30,149 nucleotides of DNA from a bacterium (GTDB taxonomy: Bacteria; Patescibacteriota; Saccharimonadia; Saccharimonadales; SZUA-47). The position numbers and the translations under genes were made by a program. A model generated the notes under the pieces. That model was given only the letters and a program-made list of their open reading frames with translations. It was not told the DNA's origin and searched no databases. Shown piece after piece: positions 8,183 to 15,647 of the stretch. The stretch is from positions 1 to 30,149 of the forward strand of contig JAYUPU010000044.1 of assembly GCA_043759925.1 (NCBI GenBank), written 5' to 3'. The stretch's first letter is position 1. Each line of letters starts with the position of its first letter.

Positions 8183-8215
8183 TTCAGCTAAAATTCAGCT
8201 TAACGCTTGTATAAT
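8183..8215 (+). promoter_or_regulatory. OmpR/PhoB-type direct repeat over the -35 region plus -10 of the response regulator
   Basis: TTCAGCT-AAAA-TTCAGCT (8183-8189, 8194-8200; 11-bp period) and TATAAT at 8210-8215. Confidence 0.55.
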
Positions 8216-8224
8216 AAAGAATAT

Positions 8225-8911
8225 ATGAGGCTGCTAGTAGTTGAAGACGAACATAAAATAGCCAATGCTATTGCTGCTGGCTTGCGGCAACACAACTTTG
8301 CAGTTGACGTTTGTTTTAACGGCGACGAAGGCCTGGCAATGGCCACGACCGAACCTTACGACTTGCTAATTTTAGACATTATGATGCCCGGTGACTTAGA
8401 CGGTATAGGCATAGTACGCGCACTGCGGGACCAAAGTAACCACGTGCCAATCTTGCTGCTGACTGCTAAAGACAAAGTGCTAGATAAAGCATTCGGCCTA
8501 AATACCGGTGCCGATGATTATTTAGTAAAACCCTTTGCTTTTGTAGAACTTATTGCCCGTGTACGCGCATTGCTGCGCCGACCAAAACAAGCATTAGAAT
8601 CCGTACTGCGCTACGCCGATGTAGAACTAGATACCCAAAACTACACTGTTACCCGTAATAAGCAAAACATTGAACTTACACAAAAAGAATTTGCCTTGTT
8701 GGAATATTTTATACGCCACCCAGAAACAGTTATAAGCAAAGAAATGTTAATGCAGCATGTTTGGAACTACGATTCAGATATTTTACCTAACACCGTCGAA
8801 GTATATGTGGGCTATGTGCGTAACAAGCTAGATAAGCCGTTTAAAAAGCTGCCACCATTACTGCATACAAAGCGCGGTTTTGGCTATGTATTTAGCAAGC
8901 AAAAATCATGA
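8225..8911 (+). CDS. OmpR/PhoB-family response regulator
   Basis: MRLLVVEDE, phosphoacceptor ILDIMMP, LLLTAKD, GADDYLVKPF and winged-helix LTQKEFALL...VEVYVGYVRNKL...TKRGFGY. Confidence 0.95.
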   Translation: MRLLVVEDEHKIANAIAAGLRQHNFAVDVCFNGDEGLAMATTEPYDLLILDIMMPGDLDGIGIVRALRDQSNHVPILLLTAKDKVLDKAFGLNTGADDYLVKPFAFVELIARVRALLRRPKQALESVLRYADVELDTQNYTVTRNKQNIELTQKEFALLEYFIRHPETVISKEMLMQHVWNYDSDILPNTVEVYVGYVRNKLDKPFKKLPPLLHTKRGFGYVFSKQKS

Positions 8912-9951
8912 TCATAAAAAAACAAGCATTCAAAAGCGCATCCATGCGGTTGGCAACAACATATTTGCTGATTGTTATGGCGGTAAGTTTATTATTTAGC
9001 GTAACGTTGTACCGCGTATTATCGCACGACCTAGAACAGTCATATAAACGCACAGTTAATATAGTTGATGGTATGGGAATTTTTGGAGTACGCCCCGACC
9101 CGCGTCAGCGCCTAGCATTTGAACAAGACAGGCGCTACGAGCGTGATGCAAGCAAGCGCCGGATAGTTAACGAACTTTTGTTTATTAACTTAGGCATTCT
9201 AGTGTTTGGGGGCGGCCTTTGTTATGTGCTTGCCCGCCGTACGCTTCGCCCCATAGAAGAAGCGCATGATTCGCTGCAGCGCTTTACATCAGACGCAAGC
9301 CACGAGTTACGCACACCACTTACTACCATGCGAACAGAAATTGAAGTTGCACTAATGAACGATAAAATGACATTGCAAGGTGCCAGGCAACTATTAGCTA
9401 GTAACTTAGAAGAAGTGGACAGGCTAACCCATCTATCCGAACGACTTTTGCTATTGGCCCGCCTAGACGAGACAGAACTACCTATGCAACAGGTTGGGCT
9501 AGATAGCGTGTTGCAAAGTGCCGTGCAAACAACTCAAAGTAGATTTGATGCCAAAAAACAAACCCTGCAGTATGCCCCAAATAAAAGTAAGTCTTTTAAC
9601 GTAATGGCCGATACGGCTTCATTGGCCGAACTGTTTGTGTTGCTGCTAGATAACTCATCAAAATATTCCGATAAAAACACCCTTATTAAGATTAAAACAG
9701 ATAAAAAAGGTGATGCCGCTATGGTGCATGTGATCGACCAAGGTAGTGGTATTGCGGCTTCAGATCTATCGCACATTTTTGATAGATTTTACCGGGCAGA
9801 TAGCTCGCGCACGGGCGGCGAACCACACGGTTACGGCTTAGGCCTGCCACTTGCTAAAAAGATTGCCAGCTTACACCGCGGCGACATTGCTGTAAGTAGC
9901 AAACGGGGCAAGGGCAGCACTTTCACCGTTACTTTGCCGCGGGCAGGCTAG
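8908..9951 (+). CDS. sensor histidine kinase (two TM, HisKA + HATPase_c)
   Basis: H-box SDASHELRTPL, N-box LLDNSSKY, DQGSGI, IFDRFYR and GYGLGL. ATGA overlap with the response regulator. Confidence 0.95.
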   Translation: MIIKKQAFKSASMRLATTYLLIVMAVSLLFSVTLYRVLSHDLEQSYKRTVNIVDGMGIFGVRPDPRQRLAFEQDRRYERDASKRRIVNELLFINLGILVFGGGLCYVLARRTLRPIEEAHDSLQRFTSDASHELRTPLTTMRTEIEVALMNDKMTLQGARQLLASNLEEVDRLTHLSERLLLLARLDETELPMQQVGLDSVLQSAVQTTQSRFDAKKQTLQYAPNKSKSFNVMADTASLAELFVLLLDNSSKYSDKNTLIKIKTDKKGDAAMVHVIDQGSGIAASDLSHIFDRFYRADSSRTGGEPHGYGLGLPLAKKIASLHRGDIAVSSKRGKGSTFTVTLPRAG

Positions 9952-9960
9952 TGCTATAAT
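9952..9960 (+). promoter_or_regulatory. extended -10 promoter element upstream of the polymerase cassette leader
   Basis: TGCTATAAT, consensus TGnTATAAT. Confidence 0.5.
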
Positions 9961-10035
9961 AGGCGTAGCCTATGCGCGGGGTTTTAAAACCACTACGCAA
10001 GACTTATATTCAATAGCCGGTTAATTCCCGCCTAT

Positions 10036-10113
10036 TCAAAAAATCCATTATCGTTTTCGGGGTACACGTATACCGAACTTACTACTGTAAAAATGTTTCA
10101 GGGGATTTTTTGA
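10036..10113. repeat. 11-bp perfect inverted repeat flanked by TAT direct repeats
   Basis: TCAAAAAATCC (10036-10046) and GGATTTTTTGA (10103-10113); TAT at 10033-10035 and 10114-10116. Confidence 0.6.
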
Positions 10114-10114
10114 T

Positions 10115-10408
10115 ATGCGTGATAGTTTAAACGAACCGGTATCGGTGGTGATGTACTACAGTGCTACTAGCAGGCATGTGCAGCCATACCAACTGCATTG
10201 GCAGGGGCAAATATACAAACTAGGTAAAGTAGATTTTTGGCATAAAACCAAAGCTGGTGATGTGTTAATTCACCATTTTAGTATTGGTGATGTGGGCAGT
10301 ACGGCCTATTTTAAATTAGCCTTAGATACCGCCAGCTTGCACTGGACCCTAGAAGAATACATGACCGCCGACCAACTAGAGGTAACCTACGAGCGGCATG
10401 AAGCTTAA
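10115..10408 (+). CDS. small beta-rich protein (DUF6504-like pattern) coupled to the Y-family polymerase
   Basis: P..L.W.G..Y....V..W ... F.L.LD.....W.L pattern. Overlaps the polymerase start by 11 nt. Family call is from recalled pattern only. Confidence 0.7.
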   Translation: MRDSLNEPVSVVMYYSATSRHVQPYQLHWQGQIYKLGKVDFWHKTKAGDVLIHHFSIGDVGSTAYFKLALDTASLHWTLEEYMTADQLEVTYERHEA

Positions 10409-11690
10409 CATTAACACGGCAACCCCAACTGTTATGCACATTGACCTCAACAGCTGTTTTGCAATTATAGAACAACAAGCAAATAGGCTGTTGCGCGGCA
10501 GGCCGGTTGGGGTGGCTGCGTATGATACGCCGCGTGGTTTTGTAGTAGCTGCCAGCTACCAGGCTAAGGCAAAAGGCGTAAAACTTGGCGTAAACGTGGC
10601 ACAGGCCAGGGAACTATGCCCGGGCATTATTATTATGACTCCCGACCCAAGTAAATACCGCGAGGCACATAAACGCTTTAAGCAAGTATTGCTTAACTAC
10701 ACCGACGATGTAACCCCAAAATCTATAGACGAATTTGTAGTTCACCTAGAAAACTCGCCTGTATACAAACAGGGTATGGCCGCCGAAGCCATGGGGTACG
10801 AGATTAAAGAAAAGATTTACGAAAGCTTGGGCGAAGCTGTAACAGTAAACGTAGGTATTGGCCCTAACCGCTTTTTAGCAAAATTAGCAGCAGGCCTAAA
10901 CAAACCAAATGGGCTCGATAGTATAACGCACGAAAACCTTCGTGCAGTGTATAAAGAGCTAGATTTGTTAGATTTGCCCGGCATCAATACTAGGTACAAG
11001 CGCCGCCTGCAGGCATTTGGCATTATGACACCCCTACAATTTTTGGATGCCGACGAGCAGTTTTTGCGTAAGCGAGTTTTTAAAAGTATTGTTGGCCAGC
11101 ACTGGTATTTGCGCTTGCGCGGCCACGAACCAGATAGGCGTGAATTTAGCCGCAAAACTATTGGCCACCAACATGCTATTAGTAATAAAACGTCCGATCC
11201 TGAAGAGCTTGAACGTATTTTAATGAAGCTGTGCGAAAAAGCTGGTAGGCGCCTACGTACGAATAACCTGTACGGGGGTGGTATTAGCCTTTGGTTGGGC
11301 TTTGCAAGGCTATATGGCCCGTGGAATATGATTAGTGATGGTGCAGACCAAGCTAGGCCCGGCTGGCACCACGGTGAAAAGGTTGCGGCGCGGTTATATG
11401 CCACACACGATATATATGCCCACGCTAAGCGCTTGCTGCAATCCGCAAAAGTTGTAGAACCGGTACGGCTAATGTCGGTTACTGTTTTTGATTTGCACGG
11501 GCTGGACCCCGAGCAATTAGATTTGTTTGGGTCGGAACGTGGCTATTTGGCAGCCCGACGCATAAGTGATGCGCTCGATGCAGTAAATAACCGTTACGGC
11601 GAATACGCAGTAACTCCCGCAAATATGATGGCTATGAACAAAGTGGTTTTAGACCGGATTGCGTTCGGTAATGTACGCGATATGGACTAG
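10398..11690 (+). CDS. dinB: Y-family DNA polymerase (Pol IV/DinB-UmuC-like)
   Basis: HIDLNSCFA, ASYQAKAKGV, SIDE catalytic motif, GPNRFLAKLA, DLPGI, clamp-binding QLDLF (11514-11528) and C-terminal LDAVNNRYG. Confidence 0.93.
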   Translation: MKLNINTATPTVMHIDLNSCFAIIEQQANRLLRGRPVGVAAYDTPRGFVVAASYQAKAKGVKLGVNVAQARELCPGIIIMTPDPSKYREAHKRFKQVLLNYTDDVTPKSIDEFVVHLENSPVYKQGMAAEAMGYEIKEKIYESLGEAVTVNVGIGPNRFLAKLAAGLNKPNGLDSITHENLRAVYKELDLLDLPGINTRYKRRLQAFGIMTPLQFLDADEQFLRKRVFKSIVGQHWYLRLRGHEPDRREFSRKTIGHQHAISNKTSDPEELERILMKLCEKAGRRLRTNNLYGGGISLWLGFARLYGPWNMISDGADQARPGWHHGEKVAARLYATHDIYAHAKRLLQSAKVVEPVRLMSVTVFDLHGLDPEQLDLFGSERGYLAARRISDALDAVNNRYGEYAVTPANMMAMNKVVLDRIAFGNVRDMD

Positions 11691-11712
11691 GCCAGGTTGC
11701 TATACTATGACT

Positions 11713-12111
11713 ATGACAACCGTTGGCAACGAACAATTCGACGCCATGATAACAAAGGCGATGGATGAATTACCGCAGCAGTACATTGCAGGGCTAAATA
11801 ACGTAGTTATAGTTTACGAAGACGAACCAACTACCGAACAGCGCCGTAGGCAAAACTTGCAGGCTTGGCAAACATTGTTTGGCTTGTACGAGGGTATTCC
11901 GCTAATCCGCCGTGGTAGTGGCTATAATATGGTGCTGCCTGACAAAATTACTTTATTTAAATTACCGCTGCAAAGTGCCAGTAACAGCGTAGCTGATTTA
12001 CAAGAACATATTAAACGCACCCTGTGGCACGAAATCGCCCATTACTATGGGTTAGGCCACGACCGCATTCACGAACTAGAGGATAAGTCTAAAACAAATC
12101 TAAATCGCTAA
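11713..12111 (+). CDS. zincin-like metallopeptidase (Zincin_1/DUF1025-like)
   Basis: LFGLYEG.PL, PDKITLF and HEIAHYYG (HExxH). ATG 11713 lies six nt after TGCTATACT. Confidence 0.88.
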   Translation: MTTVGNEQFDAMITKAMDELPQQYIAGLNNVVIVYEDEPTTEQRRRQNLQAWQTLFGLYEGIPLIRRGSGYNMVLPDKITLFKLPLQSASNSVADLQEHIKRTLWHEIAHYYGLGHDRIHELEDKSKTNLNR

Positions 12112-13267
12112 TCTCTAGTGGTAAAAACCCGTTAGCCGGCTTAAAGTTAGGCTGCCAATCGTAACCCTTACCGTAACCTAACTTTTTCATGAGGTTGGTC
12201 GGCGCATTACGCAGGTGCAAGGGTACTGGCAGATTACCGTTCTGCGCAGCTGCAGATTTAGCCGCATTCATGGCATTTGTAACTGCCCGTGACTTTTGCG
12301 CACCTGCTAGTACAGTTGCGCAGTGATATAGGTTATATTCGCATTCTGGCATACCTATTCGTTCTACAGCCAAAAACGTGCTTACCGCAATATTAAGCGC
12401 TGGGCTGGCGGCTATACCAATATCTTCGCTGGCAAATACAACCATGCGCCGTGCCAAAAACTTTGGGTCTTCGCCGCCGGCTAAAATGCGTGCCATATAA
12501 TACAGTGCTGCGTTAACATCGCTACCGCGCAAGCTTTTTATAAAGGCGCTAATTAGATCGTAGTGCTGTTCGCCGTTTTTGTCGTAACCAATTATTGGCT
12601 TTTGGGCTGCACCCGCTATAATTTTACTATCTATTTTGCCGTGTGTAAGTTGGGTAGCTAGTTCCAAAATACCCAGCGCACGTCTAGCATCGCCGTCGGC
12701 AAGTTTTGCTATGGTTTTAATGCTATCTATCGGTAGGCGCGCCACAGGCATAGCCAGTCTTTTGCGGGCGTTTACTAAAATTGCTTCTATATCTTGGGCT
12801 GATAACTTTTGCAGTACGACGACACGCATACGTGACAGTAGTGGGCCTATAACTTCAAAACTTGGGTTTTCGGTGGTGGCGCCTATTAGCGTTAGTATGC
12901 CGTTTTCAACAAAGGGTAAAAATGCATCCTGCTGAGCTTTATTAAAACGGTGTATTTCGTCTACAAATAATACAGTTACTTGGGCTAAACGGTGGTTTTG
13001 CTTGGCGTGTTCTATTACCTTGCGTACATCTGCTAGGCCGGATGTTACTGCCGATAGTTCTACAAAATCTGCACCAGAATTTTGGGCTAAAATACGTGCC
13101 AGTGTTGTTTTACCAGTACCAGCAGGGCCCCATAGTATAAGCGACACAATTTGTTTTTTTGCATATAGGTTTGCTAGCAATCCATTTTGTTTAAGCAAAG
13201 CCGCATGGCCTACCATATCTTTTAGTGTTTTAGGCCGCATTTGTTCAGCTAATGGTGTAAGTGACAT
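12089..13267 (-). CDS. rarA: replication-associated recombination protein A (RarA/MgsA AAA+ ATPase)
   Basis: PLAEQMRP, Walker A GPAGTGKTT, FVDEIHRFNKAQQDAFLP, GATTENPSF, HYDLISAFIKSLRGSD, SEDIG, VPLHLRNAPT. Confidence 0.96.
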   Translation of the reverse strand: MSLTPLAEQMRPKTLKDMVGHAALLKQNGLLANLYAKKQIVSLILWGPAGTGKTTLARILAQNSGADFVELSAVTSGLADVRKVIEHAKQNHRLAQVTVLFVDEIHRFNKAQQDAFLPFVENGILTLIGATTENPSFEVIGPLLSRMRVVVLQKLSAQDIEAILVNARKRLAMPVARLPIDSIKTIAKLADGDARRALGILELATQLTHGKIDSKIIAGAAQKPIIGYDKNGEQHYDLISAFIKSLRGSDVNAALYYMARILAGGEDPKFLARRMVVFASEDIGIAASPALNIAVSTFLAVERIGMPECEYNLYHCATVLAGAQKSRAVTNAMNAAKSAAAQNGNLPVPLHLRNAPTNLMKKLGYGKGYDWQPNFKPANGFLPLEISDLDLF

Positions 13268-13282
13268 GTATCTAGTATACGA

Positions 13283-13702
13283 CTAATGGCTGCAGGTTTT
13301 ACATATGCCCAATATTTCTAACTGGTGGCTAATAGGCTTAAAACCATATGTAACAGCAAGCTGGGCTATATCATTTTCTATATGTGAATCACCTTGTATA
13401 TCTACAACCTTGCCGCACATTTGGCAGCTAATGTGGTGGTGATGGTCATGGAATGCATCTGTTAGCTCTATTTTATATTTCCAGCCACTGTGTAGGCGCT
13501 GCACTATGTTAAGCGATTCAAACAAGTCAATTGTGCGGTAAACACTTGCCCTATCGATATGGCCAATAAGTTTATGAACTATGTCGGACATTTGCATAGG
13601 GTCTTGGTGTAATAGTGCATCAAAAACAAGCTTGCGGGGCACCGTTGTGCTGTAACCTGCTAATTTTAATTGTTGGCTAAGTTGCTGATGCGTATCTGTC
13701 AT
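13283..13702 (-). CDS. Fur-family metalloregulator (Zur-like by context)
   Basis: T..R..V, DRASVYRTIDLF helix, HDHHHHISCQMC and GICKTC (two CxxC). Start placed at ATG 13702. Confidence 0.92.
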   Translation of the reverse strand: MTDTHQQLSQQLKLAGYSTTVPRKLVFDALLHQDPMQMSDIVHKLIGHIDRASVYRTIDLFESLNIVQRLHSGWKYKIELTDAFHDHHHHISCQMCGKVVDIQGDSHIENDIAQLAVTYGFKPISHQLEILGICKTCSH

Positions 13703-13711
13703 TTGTTGCAA

Positions 13712-13763
13712 ATTATATCAATATTGCGACAAAATTGCAATAATGAAGAGGGATGACTATGAT
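13712..13763. promoter_or_regulatory. divergent promoters sharing one palindromic -35, with an operator-like inverted repeat
   Basis: Minus -10 TATAAT (13712-13717), 17 nt, TTGCAA (13735-13740), 17 nt, plus -10 TATGAT (13758-13763). Inverted repeat TATTGCGA-N5-TTGCAATA at 13722-13742. Confidence 0.65.
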
Positions 13764-13784
13764 TATGTATAGAAAGGTACATTT

Positions 13785-14549
13785 ATGGCAACATATTGGC
13801 ACGTTATATTTTTTTCACTAATCGGTGGAGTTATTTCACTAATCGGTGGAGTTTTATTGTTAAGTAGGCAAAAATATGCACAAACATTAGCAAAGTACGC
13901 GACTCCGTTTGCAGCCGGCGCACTGTTAGCGGCTGTATTTTTAGATTTATTAACAGATGGCCTAGAAGAATCTAGCACAGAAACCGTAATGTGGTCGGTT
14001 TTGATAGGTGTTGCACTATTTTTTATGCTAGAAAGATTTTTGCGCTGGTTTCACCATCACCATGAGCACGAGAATGATACAAAAGATCACCGAGTGGGCA
14101 TGATTATTATAGGCGACACCCTGCACAATGCCCTAGATGGCATTGCTATTGCAGCTAGCTTTTTAATAAGTGTCCCTACTGGTATTGTCACGACCATGGC
14201 CGTGGCTGCACACGAAATCCCACAAGAAATTGGTGATTTTGGCTTGCTATTATCTAGGGGTCTTAGCCGTAAAAAGGTATTGTTAGTAAACCTTATGAGT
14301 GCTGTAGCTACCGTTGTAATGGCCGTTATAACGTTCGCACTAGGTAGTGCAGAAAAGCTGCCGTTAGGTATGTTGATTGGTGTTAGTGCTGGCTTTTTAC
14401 TATATATAGCAATGAGTGACCTTATACCGAGTATTCATGAAGAATCATCGCATAAAAAGCTATTTGATCTACGACCTGTTCTGTTTTTACTAGGCATTGC
14501 TACTGTGGCTATAGCCATACAGTTGGCCCATAATTATATTGATGCTTAG
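13785..14549 (+). CDS. ZIP-family divalent metal transporter
   Basis: FAAGALL..VFLDL, His-rich loop HHHHEHE, GDTLHNALDG, AHEIPQEIGDF, AGFLLYIAMSDLIP. GAAAGG RBS. Confidence 0.93.
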   Translation: MATYWHVIFFSLIGGVISLIGGVLLLSRQKYAQTLAKYATPFAAGALLAAVFLDLLTDGLEESSTETVMWSVLIGVALFFMLERFLRWFHHHHEHENDTKDHRVGMIIIGDTLHNALDGIAIAASFLISVPTGIVTTMAVAAHEIPQEIGDFGLLLSRGLSRKKVLLVNLMSAVATVVMAVITFALGSAEKLPLGMLIGVSAGFLLYIAMSDLIPSIHEESSHKKLFDLRPVLFLLGIATVAIAIQLAHNYIDA

Positions 14550-14590
14550 TCACTGCGTAAAATGCAGCTGCTTTAAGCTATAATACAAAC

Positions 14591-15646
14591 ATGCAAGTGC
14601 TTATAGTGGTGTTATTACTAATTAACTTTGCCGTTGTGCTGTATTTTATGCGTGCTAAAAAACCGGCTCAGGACACACAGTCGCAACTGATGTTAAAAGC
14701 AGATATTGCCGCCATGAGTGCCCAGGTAGAAAAGCTGCAAGAAAAGCTATCGGGTCAGCTAGATATTAAACTAGATAAAAACCAAGAAAGCATGAGTAGG
14801 CAGCTGGCTGCTAGCGCTAAGCTTGTTAGTGATGTAACAGAGCGTTTAACTAAACTAGACGAAACAAATAAGCGCGTAGTTGATGTGGCCGACGAGCTCA
14901 AAAGCCTACAAAATGTACTACAAAACCCCAAACAGCGCGGCGTGTTGGGCGAATTTTACCTAGAACAGATATTACAAAACTTACTACCTGCAAGTTCTTA
15001 CGAGCTACAATACAAACTTAGTGAAGGCACAATTGTTGATGCAGTTATAAAATTAGACGGCATGTTACTACCTATTGACAGCAAATTTAGCCTAGAAAAC
15101 TACAACCGCATAATAGAAGCATCAAACGAAGATAAACCAGCCCTAGAAAAGATTTTTAAAGAAGATTTAAAAAGACGTATAGACGAAACTGCAAAATATA
15201 TTCAACCAAAAAAGGGCACGCTTGACCAAGCTTTAATGTTTATACCAAGCGAGGCAATTTACTATGACTTGCTTGCAAATAAGGTTGGCCTTGGTGGGGT
15301 TAGTGGCCGTGATTTAATGCAATATGCAGCCGTAGACAAGCGTGTAACTATTGTTGGCCCAAGCACGCTCAGCGCCATGTTACAAGTAATAGTTCAGGGT
15401 ATGCGCAGCCTAGAAATCCAAAAAGATACTGAAGTTATTCGTAAAAATGTAGAACAGCTAACCAAACACTTGGGCGCCTACGATGTATATTTTAAAAAGG
15501 TCGGTAATAGCTTGGGTGCAACAGTTGGCCATTACAACAACGCCTACAAAGAACTTGGCAAAATAGATAAAGATATAGTTAAAATTGCCGGCGGTGAGCA
15601 TTCCGTAGAAGTAACTTTGCTTGACAAGCCTCACGCTGACGAGTAG
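14591..15646 (+). CDS. rmuC: DNA recombination protein RmuC
   Basis: N-terminal TM, coiled coil, PKQRGVLGE, PIDSKF, MFIPSEAIY and VGPSTL motifs. Confidence 0.93.
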   Translation: MQVLIVVLLLINFAVVLYFMRAKKPAQDTQSQLMLKADIAAMSAQVEKLQEKLSGQLDIKLDKNQESMSRQLAASAKLVSDVTERLTKLDETNKRVVDVADELKSLQNVLQNPKQRGVLGEFYLEQILQNLLPASSYELQYKLSEGTIVDAVIKLDGMLLPIDSKFSLENYNRIIEASNEDKPALEKIFKEDLKRRIDETAKYIQPKKGTLDQALMFIPSEAIYYDLLANKVGLGGVSGRDLMQYAAVDKRVTIVGPSTLSAMLQVIVQGMRSLEIQKDTEVIRKNVEQLTKHLGAYDVYFKKVGNSLGATVGHYNNAYKELGKIDKDIVKIAGGEHSVEVTLLDKPHADE

Positions 15647-15647
15647 T

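Noticed and set aside
9961-10113. Known riboswitch class in the polymerase leader
   Set aside because: No conserved core of the fluoride, preQ1, c-di-GMP, guanidine or SAM classes was recognisable; reported only as an unassigned structure.
10817-11404. 195-aa minus-strand ORF
   Set aside because: Antisense shadow of the polymerase. The other nested short ORFs in the track were rejected for the same reason.
13283-13702. Calling the regulator Nur
   Set aside because: The operator layout is suggestive, but the extra Ni-site histidines are not evident and ZIP adjacency favours Zur; no gene symbol given.
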